Assembly (NCBI GenBank): GCA_946965045.2
Contig: OX337232.1
Span: forward strand, 1 to 64,000
Reading direction: 5' to 3'
DNA from: Epithemia pelagica
Taxonomy: Eukaryota > Protista > Bacillariophyta
DNA length: 64,000 nucleotides
The notes beneath the pieces were generated by a model. That model was not told where the DNA came from and ran no database searches. It saw only the letters and a program-made list of their open reading frames with translations. Positions 11,073-21,500 of this stretch are shown here, piece by piece; position 1 is the stretch's first letter, and each line of letters starts with the position of its first letter. The position numbers and the translations under genes are program-made.

Positions 11073-11949
11073 GGACCAGCCTCTTGGGATACTTAGTGAA
11101 GACAAAGGTTGTATGACTTGAAAAGCCACCATCCAATTTTGATCCTTGTTGAAAAGCCAATAGTCTTGCACGGAAATTGGCTGGGACCATCTGGACATGC
11201 ATCGGCGCAAGCTTGGTCAGCCATCTTTTTCCTTCCTCCAAGACAACCTGAAACAAGACCGGTTGATTGGTAAGGTTGCTGTCTTCATGAATCATGTGAA
11301 ATAGCTTGTTCATGTGTTCTCCAAAGGAGCCTTCCTTCCCATGAACCAATGGGTGAAAGATGGGAGTGAACACCCGTAGCTGGTTGGGAGCAATCTCTAG
11401 AGTCTTTTGGATAGTGTCAGATGTGATGTCGAAACATGTGGGGCCCTGTTGAGTAAAGTGTGCTCGAATAGCCTGCAATGACACCCATCTCCAGCAGGTA
11501 GACAAAACAAGAACCTCTTGTATAGGGACAGCCCCACAAGTCCTCTTGGAATGCAAGTGTCGCTTCATGTTGGACAATTTGGGAGACCCAACAATGCACT
11601 TGCATGAATATCCTGCCAATTTCTCATCTGTAAGATACTGCACAACGGATGAAAAATTCTGTCTCACTTGGTCCTCTTTATTCTTTCTCATGCTCTGCAG
11701 TCTCAAATTCTCTCCCATGGAAACTGTGATTCCATGGGAGTTGAAGTGTCGTTGCATGGACCACAACAAAGCCCCAAATGGTTTGTCACAGACCCGACAT
11801 CCGAAACCAAAGGGAGTCACCAAGGTCATTTCTTCACACGACAATCCAACATTGCTCATTCCTCCACCATTGCAGAGTCTTATCTTTTTCATGGGCCTTC
11901 TCCTTGAAGGAGATGAGGTCCCCGGCCCAACGGTAGAAATGGGAGCCAT
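11073..11949 (-). pseudogene. ZnF/YR-element gene, family B copy 3, truncated at 11073
   Basis: Near-identical to copies 1 and 2 up to ..KRLVP; cut at the site that reads ctCAG|GGacc in the longer copies. Confidence 0.85.
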
Positions 11950-12418
11950 TGTCAACAAGAGTCTTTTCGATGTGACGGTTCACAAAAGAAACCAGGTACA
12001 ACGCAAGGTCATTCACTCACTATCTTCATGTGAAAGAGGCCCTAAGCAAGGTCATTCACTACAAAATCTGGCAACGAATGAGGCCCTTAGCACAAGAATG
12101 TCTGGCTGTGAAGAAGGCCCTAATGATTATCATTGAGACAAAACTCCTTTAGCGTTAGTCCCTATCCATGTTGTCATGTAACAATGGTCATATTGAATAC
12201 AATCGCGCGGGAGAAAAAATGGCGCACCAGAGCCCGGCTTAATTGGTTTTGGAGCTCAAGTGCAAAGTGGCATATCAAAACCAAGGCTCAAGTGCAAAAA
12301 GGGCCATACCTAGCTGTACCTATGGGAGCTCATATGCAAAATATGCAGCTCAAGTGCAACCTGTAGAAAGCTACGGGCTCTGGTACAAAAACTAGAATCT
12401 AGACCTAAATTTCCTTAG

Positions 12419-12941
12419 GGTCAGGAATGAAGACAATGATGCGGAAAAGGCTGAATCCTATCTGGCAAGGCTTACAAGAGAATGCATTGTGTGCAAGGAG
12501 GCAGGATGCAATGGTGAAAGCTGTCTGCCCTATGGAGCATGCTTCAACTGTGGTCAGCCAGGTCACCAGAGAGGACAGTGCCGAGTCGATTTCCAAACAG
12601 TCTTGAGCAACAAGGCCTGCTTTTACTGCTTTGATGTGTTCAGCAGGCGCGGCTACAAGCAACACAATCCCAGTGCATGTCCTTTACAACGAAGATTGAA
12701 GCGGCTGATGATCGATGTATATGAGTCAAGGAAGACCAATGGACAATCCAGAGCAATGACTGATTTCATGTCCAAAGTAACATGCGACAGCCATTCGTTT
12801 CATGATTTTCTGTGTCAGAGTGTTGAACAACGGATGGGCATGACAGTGACACAGACACCTCATGCAACCACAGCAGCCAGACCGTCTGTGGCACGACCAG
12901 CTCTACCAAGGAATCCATATGCAAAGAAAGCATTCAAGTAG
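12419..12941 (+). pseudogene. 5'-truncated C-terminal fragment with Cys/His zinc-knuckle motifs; probable tail of the element's large protein
   Basis: The frame is open back to the junction: RVRNEDNDAEKAESYLARLTRECIVCKEAGCNGESCLPYGACFNCGQPGHQRGQC..CFYCFD..H..C. It contains a perfect CX2CX4HX4C. Confidence 0.65.
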
Positions 12942-13169
12942 ATAGTATTAAGTTAGTAGTTACCGTGTGTCGGGTTAAAGACCATCATCAAAAGACCCAT
13001 AGAAGAGTCATCTCACAAAAAATCTAATCACGTCTCACAAAAAAATATTAGGCCCAAAGAAGGGTCATTTCACACAAAAATCTGACCCAGTCACACATGT
13101 AGTGACGGGAAATGATACTACTCGAGCTAAGACTAACTAATAAGCATGGGCATAGGTATGACTAGAATA

Positions 13170-13300
13170 GGGCTGTTCTTGCGGGCTGTTCCGCAGTGGG
13201 ACAGCAGGCTGTTCTACAGTGGGACAGGGCACTTCTGCAGTGGGACAGAGGGCGATTCTGCAGTGGGACAAGTGGGATGGGGGCTGTTCTGCAGTGGGAC
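13170..13300 (+). repeat. Five subterminal repeats ttc(t/c)(g/a)cagtgggac
   Basis: Copies at about 13189, 13212, 13233, 13256 and 13287, followed by cctacgg..actttctccTTAG (13343). Confidence 0.85.
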
Positions 13301-13429
13301 GCTAGAGTCTACGTAGGCCTACGGACAGGCACTTTCTCCTTAGAGTAAGCCATGACACTGGATGCAAAACTAATAACTAAAACGCCTACGAACAATCCCC
13401 TTTCGTGACGTTATTGAAAAACTTGTTTA

Positions 13430-15260
13430 CTATGGTTCAGGCACTTCGAGCTCCAATCCGACGTAGTAGTTTTGGGCCAACCAGGGCAGTGCAGTGGGTC
13501 GCCATTCATAGACCGCCATGCCCAATCCATTGGCCGTAAAGCAGCCCTTGAAGGCCTGGTTCCAAAAGGTGAATTGGGGACGACCCGTTCCAGTCGTTGT
13601 TGCGGTGGTGCGTTTGGGTTGGTACTGTCCCTCTTGGATCACGGCTTGATACAAGGCTTGTCGCGCCGCCGGAATGCCTTCATCTTGGGGCCCCGTGCCA
13701 CCAAAGGTAACCACCGCCACTCGTCGGGGGCCCACCCATGTATACCGACACTCGGGTTCCATGCTTGTCGTCGTCGTCGTGGTACTCGACGATGACGGTT
13801 CCTCGGCTGTCGTGTCTGGTTCGTCCTCATCCTCAACGTGGTTGCTGGTGGCGGGAGACCACACGAGTTGCGATTGAAGTTCGACCGAAAGAGGAATCTG
13901 CCATTGCAACAACACACCATTCGTCGCGTTGTTGTTGTTGTTGCTACTGCGAATTTGGAGTTCGAGCGGCGAGGTGGGGACAAATCGTTCTTGGGTCGGT
14001 CCCACAGTCGATAGGGCCGACACGCCAAAGGCATGACTCGGCAAGACTTGGGCCAATTGCACGGTCCGATCCATGCTGGTATCGACCTCTGTCGGTGTCA
14101 CATACCATCGTCCGGGCCAGTCCCTAATTTCATAGCCACGTCGTTTTTGCACCACAACGTGAGGTTGCACTTCGGCCGACGGTGTCATGCCAATGTGATA
14201 CAAATCCCAAAAGCGCGGCACTAATTGACTGGCGAGGTAGTGATTGCGCAACAGGGACACTTGATCGTTCTTGTTGTTGGTGGTGTCATGTCCACCAAAC
14301 AAGAAATCGTCTTGTTGCACAATACTCCATGATGACGAATCGAGTTGTCGTTCCAATTGCAAGTGGGAGGATCCGACCAAGAGGACCCGAGGTTCCCAGG
14401 CGAATTCGGACCAGGCCACGGACAGTTCTCAATGCAGTTCCATTGAGAGACTGTGCCTCGACAGCAAGAAAACCCAGACGGCAACCGGCACCTTGAATCC
14501 ATTGGAGGCTTTACAATATGCCTTGTACGGCTTTGAACGCGTCGATGTCGCAACTACAGTGGGTCGCCCACTACCCAACGACACGTATAACAATAATAAC
14601 CAACCTTTGTCAGTGGGTGTCTTCCACACCAACTTGGTGGCATAGCCCTTCAACTCCACCCCTTCCTTGTTGTCCGCCGCAGTCCTTTCCATCTCTAATT
14701 CGGCGTCATCATACAAGACCTGATTGATGCCTCAAAACGATCCCATGCGCCATAGGACGACGACTCGCTCGTTTTGCCGTCCGCTCATAGGACTTCCATG
14801 GCTCCGGCTTTGGCGTCGTTAACTTCTTCCTTTTCTTTCTCGCCCCCAAGAAATTCGGCTCCTCAAATGGCCGGTGTGGTCGTCGTCGAGCTTGCGGAAG
14901 TGGTAGTGCGGTCGACCGAACGGCGCGATTGACGACGCTTTGTTGGAATAGTGGGCGTGGATTCCACCGACGACGATGATGACGACGACAGAGTCAAGAC
15001 AAAGCGAGCACGTGTTGGTGGGACGGCAAGACAAACAGAAACGACAGATTGGGGATGATGGCTGTCGTTGATGTGGTGGCTGTGGTGGTCGCAAGGAGGA
15101 CCCTGGAACCCGCATGATGGAAGCATCGTCCGATCGTCGAGCCCCAGCGGTACCTCCTTGCTGAAAGGCCCCTACCACACCGGTGCCTTGGTTCCATTCG
15201 ACGACAACGACGACAACGACGACGACGACAAGCAGCCACAGCATCCGAACCGCCTTCATA
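13430..15260 (-). pseudogene. Decayed gene: signal-peptide-like start, possible SnoaL/DUF2358-like region, SOUL heme-binding-like C-terminus
   Basis: C-terminal WVGPRRVAVVTFGG..ARQALYQAV; hydrophobic N-terminus MKAVRMLWLLVVV..VGAF; in-frame TGA at 14429-14431 and further stops or frameshifts upstream. Confidence 0.45.
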
Positions 15261-15793
15261 TCGTTGGCCCGTTTCCGTCCCACCAAATCCTTGCGTGACA
15301 ATCCACGACCTCGTGGACGCCTTGTCTCGCTCACCAACACATTTAAATTGTGCATCGTTGTCCATGAGTGTTCGGAGCACCTCCACGTGGAAGTGATGAG
15401 ACCGGGTGCGGCTATACTGCAGCTATGCTCTTCTTTTGTGTCGAGAAAAACTTGAATCCCCCAATAGATGCTCGGAAACGGGATTCGATTCAGCCGGAAG
15501 GGTGGACTACCTAATACTCCTAATAGAGAAATATCCCATCCCATTAGATAGTCTCAATGGTGTTTCGAACTGCACAAGACTCTATGTCTCTCTCTTTATA
15601 TATAAATAGAGAGAGAGAGAGACAGAGGATGACAATGAAACACTGGATTAATGGAACGACTGTCCACCCGGTTACGCCAGTCTACAGACTAGGTTCTTCC
15701 CCTCGCTTTTCAATGTTCTGTGGTGGCGGTGGTTGAATAGTTCCCAAAGGATCTGTTTCAGGTAACGAAATACATGCCTCCGCTCCACCATCA

Positions 15794-18139
15794 TCAAATC
15801 TGTAGAGCCTCAAAGAGATTGTCAACTCGATCCTGATTGTGTGACGACTTTCGCAAAAGGTTCTTCGGCGAGTCTTCACATGCCACAAAGGCATGCGAAG
15901 AATAGATCTCGGTCTGCTCCAAACTATGACCCAGGTTTTGAACTGCGTTAGAGACACCAAAGTCATCCTGCTCGGGGACGCAAACCAAACGAAAGACATC
16001 CGTATCCGGAAATGGCTTCAAACTCATAGAATTCAGGTTTTCATCCGAAATAGTGGGAGGGTCTAAGCAGCCCAGCAAAATAATGATACACACTGCGGTG
16101 GGTTCCGCTTCATCCTTTCGAAGGCCTTTCAGAAACTCCGTCATCGTGGCCGACCAAAGATCAACATCTGATTTCGAAACGTTGGCCCAATTCTTGACGG
16201 TCACCAGCAGAGGGTGAAACGTGCACCGTACCGGGGAGACCTGTTTTACCCTGATCGATGCCGCAATATCAAAGGCCTTGCAATTCTTGTAGGCATAGCT
16301 GGCAAGACCTGCGAGATAAAGGCGGCTCAAATATGTTTGCTTGCAAAAAGACTTTCCTCGAAAATCATTTCGGCAAACTTGGATAAAAGATATCGTGTTT
16401 GAGGTTTCTCCAGTTCTTTCTTGGGTGGTAAGGATGGCAGCGTCAGAGTCCACCGCTAGATATTCAGTATGGGCATTTCCCTCCGCATCTTCCGGGCTGG
16501 AGTCGGTTGGTTTTCTGCCGCCGCTTTTCAAGAGTCGAAACCATTCGTCCAACGAAACAGAAAAGATTGAGAGTCCTGAGTCAGTCTCTTTTCGCAGCAC
16601 ATCACCGCAGAAAAGCATGTACAACGCGGCAAAAATTTCGACCGCGTCCCCCTTATCGGGTAGACACAATTTGGTGGTGAATGCCTTCTCCGCCTGACGA
16701 GTCCAAAATTGCTTTCCGTAGCCCTGGAGCTCTCCGTCCTGCCACGTTTCGTCCATCAACCGCATGGCCAGGGTCGCGCACAGCGGATCCGGCATAAATG
16801 TCACTTGCGCCAGAGGAGTAGAGGCATTGTTCTCCTGTTGTCGAAAGCTAACCAAACAGGCGTATCCAGAGCTCACCAGCTCGGTCAATGTGTGAAAGGA
16901 GTTGACGATTCCCATCTGCACTCGTGTACCCAAAACGCTGTAGCAGGCAGAAAGATCCTTTTCATAGTTTGCGCATGACAACACCAAACGCTTGGCAAAT
17001 TCTGTCAGCTTTTTCGGATCCAGCGTATTTGTGATATAGTAGTAGGCAAACAACGGTCTTCCGTAGATCACCGCCTCTGGAAATTGTGACTCTGTGGATA
17101 CTACTGCGCTCGTGCTGCGCAGAGTCTCTTGCTCCATCCCTCGCAAGCAAGACATTGTATTCAGCTCAAAAAAGGGCGGATACAACATTTTCTTGTCGCC
17201 TTCACCGGCTTTATAATTCACATATGTGATCGTCGCTGATCGTGAAACACTTCGCCGAGGGGGATCGGGTGGGAAAAAGTTGGAGAGCTCAACTGTCGTT
17301 CCAGCAAAGACGGCAACCACTTGGGCCTTGCGCTTTTTTCGCAGCCACCATCGAATGGCTCGAAACACTAGAGAACCCTTTCCTTCCGCATCAACTCCTT
17401 CCATCAGACCTTGTGCTTCATCGAAAAGAAGTACCACTTTGCCACTCAATCCACGAATAATGCTGTCCATTCTTTCAAAGACGGTCTCCACGATAGTGTC
17501 GGTGGTTTGGACGAGTTGGTGGTCAAAAAACTTGTGTCTAGTTTCCGAGCTGAGATGTACGTCCAGACAGAGGATCGTTTGACAGTGTTGTCCTTCCTGT
17601 TGGTTGTAATGGTCGCGAAACTCGTGAAACAATTTGGTTTTTCCCATTCCACTTGATTGAACAAGTGCAAAGTAGGGCGCCCGAAATTTCATAGAAATCG
17701 CCGAGTTTGTATGCCACAAAAAGAGATTTTCGATGCGTTCCCCAAAGGCTTTCAAGTCGAGGGCGTGCACAAGCTTTGTATCCAAACCATCTACAATGCT
17801 GGGACCTCGATGATTGGATTTGGCCTCTTGAAGTTCCGGGAACAAGATTTTCAAGGCCTCTTTCGCATGATCCTCCGTAAAAGCTGGATAATCCAGAAAA
17901 AGAGCTCCTAGGATATAGTTGACACGACTGTTGTGTTCCTGTTTTTCTGAGAAACGGTTGGTTGACGTGACTTTTTTCAACTTCTGGACAATACTGATGT
18001 CGAAACCATTCTGCTCCACGAATGCTTTCCATTGTGACGACAGTTCGGATCCTTCTTCGTCCATCTCCATGTCGCTTGCATTCATCCTCGTCGAATTGGC
18101 TTTTACTTGCAAGCGAGGCTTTTTCGTTGGACCGCTCAT
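15794..18139 (-). CDS. P-loop NTPase + restriction-endonuclease-like protein (Crinkler/CR-NTPase-REase-type), 781 aa
   Basis: Walker A variant APYFALVQSSGMGKT, Walker B LLFDEAQ, YGRPLF motif, and C-terminal AFDIAASI..LLVTVKN resembling a PD-(D/E)xK motif. Confidence 0.7.
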   Translation of the reverse strand: MSGPTKKPRLQVKANSTRMNASDMEMDEEGSELSSQWKAFVEQNGFDISIVQKLKKVTSTNRFSEKQEHNSRVNYILGALFLDYPAFTEDHAKEALKILFPELQEAKSNHRGPSIVDGLDTKLVHALDLKAFGERIENLFLWHTNSAISMKFRAPYFALVQSSGMGKTKLFHEFRDHYNQQEGQHCQTILCLDVHLSSETRHKFFDHQLVQTTDTIVETVFERMDSIIRGLSGKVVLLFDEAQGLMEGVDAEGKGSLVFRAIRWWLRKKRKAQVVAVFAGTTVELSNFFPPDPPRRSVSRSATITYVNYKAGEGDKKMLYPPFFELNTMSCLRGMEQETLRSTSAVVSTESQFPEAVIYGRPLFAYYYITNTLDPKKLTEFAKRLVLSCANYEKDLSACYSVLGTRVQMGIVNSFHTLTELVSSGYACLVSFRQQENNASTPLAQVTFMPDPLCATLAMRLMDETWQDGELQGYGKQFWTRQAEKAFTTKLCLPDKGDAVEIFAALYMLFCGDVLRKETDSGLSIFSVSLDEWFRLLKSGGRKPTDSSPEDAEGNAHTEYLAVDSDAAILTTQERTGETSNTISFIQVCRNDFRGKSFCKQTYLSRLYLAGLASYAYKNCKAFDIAASIRVKQVSPVRCTFHPLLVTVKNWANVSKSDVDLWSATMTEFLKGLRKDEAEPTAVCIIILLGCLDPPTISDENLNSMSLKPFPDTDVFRLVCVPEQDDFGVSNAVQNLGHSLEQTEIYSSHAFVACEDSPKNLLRKSSHNQDRVDNLFEALQI

Positions 18140-18523
18140 CCAGTTGTGGAACGCAAAGGTGGTGTATTCGAATCAATCTCACGCATTGCAAAAGGATTTC
18201 ATGTATATTCGAATAAATCTCACTTCGCATTGCGAATAAGGATTTCCTGCAAGAGGATATGGTTGGAACGGTACACACCGACAGTCCGTCCATCGTCGAA
18301 CAATCCCACTGAGGTTCGTATGGTAGCTAGAAGCTAGCAGGAGTAGCATAGTATCACTAGCTAGCTCTATTTCTCTATTGTTCATGCGAGCCGTCCCAGT
18401 TTGGATCGATGGTGGCATCCCCCCGCGCGATGGACCGTTGCATTGCGCGAGGCGATTCTGTGATCCGTTCGATTCAATGGACACGCGTCTTGCAATATAT
18501 GCTCGGAGTACGCCAGCATTGCA

Positions 18524-21500
18524 GTGTCCGTGCATATGTACAATATTATAGATCTTTGGTTCGAACCGATCCACAACTCTTATCGCTTATTGTGTATGGA
18601 AAGCGCCTGCGTGACTCTGTTTGAATTCCAAAAAGTGTGTGCGTCTCACAATTTTAAAAGTCCTCGATATCGCTCCCCCGCCGCCGCAACAGATACTCGG
18701 TTGGTGCTCTCATTCTCGTGTCATTCTGCGAGATCCAGGCGCCTTTTGGGTGGGGTTGCTGTTGCGGAAGGAATCATTGACAGATTGACATATTTCCCAA
18801 GAGGCAGACCAAAACGACTACTCCTCCAACGGCACACACCAAACACGACGGTCATGCGAATGCCACAGTCTTCTTCTTCGTTGGTAAAGGTGGTTCCACC
18901 ACCGTCCATGAGAACCAGCGGAGAAATGATTCATCCTCCCACACCGACTCGTAGTAGCACGCCAACCCGCAAGAGTCACAGCAGCAACAGCGGCAGTAGT
19001 AGTGCTCGTCATTTTGCGACTCCCAGCCATTCCTTGTTGGGATTGCCGCACGGACGCGACGACGACGAAGACGAAGAAGAAGAAGAGTATTTTTGGAATG
19101 ACGATGATGATGAGGATGAAGAGGAACAAGAGGGTCCCCAACCACTTGCTGCTGCTTCCTTGTTGCTACACCAACATTCCAACCCTCACCAGGCGGCGAC
19201 TCGACGTGGTTCCTTCTTGGTTTCTTCGCCCCCCAATCGATGGTTGGCTTCTCAAGCGTCCCAACCAGCAGTGCGAGTGCGACCTCCTCCGGATCACAAA
19301 CACATCAAGTCCAATAATCCTCCTGCTGCGGCTCGAGCGTCTTCCAGTCCTCTCAGCAACAACAGCAACATCCACCAAGAATGGCAATCCTTTGACAATG
19401 TCGCACACTGGAATGTTGGGGGTTCCCCACCAGCCAATAATAGTCCTACACCACCAGCAGCAACGACAGCGAGACGAGCAACGACGAGTCCTCCTCCACC
19501 ATCATCCACAACCACCACCACCACACGGCCACGACGCAGCAACGACCAGTGGTGGACCGACTCCCACCAACGGTCCAATCCCAATAGGAACACTAGTAGT
19601 CGTAGTAGTACCACGACGACGACAAGGCCTGGCACCACCCGACCGCCTCCCTTGGTGTCCACGCAATCCCTCCTGGATCGCCTGTCGTCGCAGGATGACC
19701 AGGAGGATCCGGACGACGACGACGAGGATCCACAAGAAGGCCACGGTGAGAATGACAATGAGAATGAAATACTGGAAGAAACCTTTGAAGGAGGAGACAA
19801 GCACCAAGACATGCTGGATGTGCTGGAAGATGAAATTCAAGATTATTTCGAATCCGATCAGGACGATTTGATGGAGAATGATAATGAGTATGAGAATGAT
19901 ACTACTCCGCAAGACGAGCCAAAACAAGACAAGGACCGGGCCTCTCGTTCGTTGGCGCCACCACGACTCCAAGAAGAACCCGACACTCCCAACAACGACG
20001 ACAACAACGACATGGGAATTGTTCAATGGGTCAAGTCCTTTGGAAGCGATTCCCATGCCACGGCCACGGAAACGCCCTTGTTGCTGCAACACCAAGACAA
20101 TCACCAGCAGAATCGTCCGGCTGGCAAACCGCGACTTGTCAAGAATGGGACACAGCATCGCAATCCACGCAACGTTTTGTTGCCCCGCCAGGCACGACGC
20201 CAACAACAACACCACTCACAACGACAACGACGACCATCCCTATTGGCCGCGTCCTCGTTTTCCAAGAATCCTCCCCCACCCACCTTGGTGGACGATTCCT
20301 GGAATCCAACTCGGAGGAGCAGTCGTACCAAGAATCGTGCTGCGACTGCGGCTCCAAAGCCGGATGCCCCCGAAGAAAAGACGAATGGTGCAACAATGAG
20401 TCGCACCGCACGACCGGAACCAGTGGCCCTCACCACTCGCACAACAAACAATCGTCGAGATCCTCCCGAACCGTCATTATCTTCACTTCCAGTCGTATCG
20501 TCGCCTCCACCCTCCACCACAATGACAATGACAACAACGACCAGTCTTGTCGACAAGTGGAACAAGCTCACGTCTTCCACCTCCAGTCCCACTGCGGCGG
20601 CACCACCCACCGAACTCATCGCCTCCACACCCTCTACCGTGGCTTCGACACCCAGTCCTCGCACCAAACCCAGTAGTCATACTAGTACCACTACCAACAA
20701 CAACAACATGATCCCCGTGACCACCGAGTCTCCTCCCCGACATCTTCAATTGGATTTGCTGCAACCAGGGACACACTGTGATCCTCTCCCAGTAGAACAA
20801 CAACCAGACGAACAAGAAGAACTGGATGCCACTGAAGTCGAATTGGAGGACTTTGAAACCACTGCCTTGTCGCAACAACAACAACAAGTATCATCTCCAT
20901 TGACCCGCAAGTCTCAACGATGGTGGAAGAACCATACACGTCGTCGTCGGAGCAAGAGTCGTGGTCGCACCAACCGCAACAGTCGTCGATCCAAAGACTT
21001 GGTACCAGGCAAGGACAGCCACGAGCCGGATTCTGCCACGGAACAGGTCCCATCAGCACCAACGACGACGCAACCAAAATCAAACGTATTACCTGTCAAC
21101 ACCACCACCAAGGATACTGCCACGGCTCATGCTGCATTGGTGCAACCCGGTCCTCGCGCTCGTCGATCCATGGCGACATTTTCCAATAAAGATGGTATCC
21201 ATCACAACCAAAACAACCACCACCACAAGGCTGCTGGGAAGGAGAACACGGCGAGCAAGCATGCGACTGTGGATTCCACGTTGGCTGGTTCGGACAAGAA
21301 GCGTGGGACATTGACAGTATCAAGCACTGCCGTTCCAGATGATGGTGATTCCAAACCGACAAACAAGACGACAGTGGCAGTGGCAAGGCCCTCCTTCTTG
21401 CCATCCACTTCTCATTCGGTTATATCTCGTACCAAATTAGCTCCACAAGCCACGATTCGTGGAAAGACGACAGCAGGGACAACCACCACCAAGGATTCCG

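Larger units (their letters stand above)
543..13343. mobile_element. Subtelomeric stack of 13 one-ended fragments of YR-like (TLH-like) DNA elements
   Basis: Junctions after TTAG at 814, 3484, 3751, 4292, 6142, 6343, 6621, 7040, 8607, 9481, 11072, 12418 and 13343. Each segment is a conserved terminus plus 0-2 kb of a gene cut at the next junction. Confidence 0.85.

Noticed and set aside
5271-12136. 196-aa + strand ORFs (5271..5861, 10200..10790, 11546..12136) and the 79-aa ORFs within them
   Set aside because: Antisense shadows of the family B gene; repeated only because the element is repeated.
3481-12420. Internal TTAGGG hexamers as telomerase healing scars
   Set aside because: They are single units on the wrong strand for a left end, and the GG derives from the target sequence as shown by intact siblings.
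6934-12665. ORF-track termini such as KDICLF.., IVLLEIDLF.., KEI and ORF 12405..12665
   Set aside because: Read-through across junctions into the next terminus, or antisense to the zinc-knuckle fragment; not native protein.
543-13343. CRISPR-like or integron-like repeat-spacer array
   Set aside because: The repeats are 200-500 bp element termini and the spacers are those elements' own truncated genes; eukaryotic telomeric context; no cas or intI gene.
543-13343. Telomeric retroelement array (HeT-A/TART, MoTeR, Athena/Terminon type)
   Set aside because: No RT or endonuclease motifs and no poly(A) tails; fragments keep 5' ends and lose 3' ends, the opposite of TPRT truncation.
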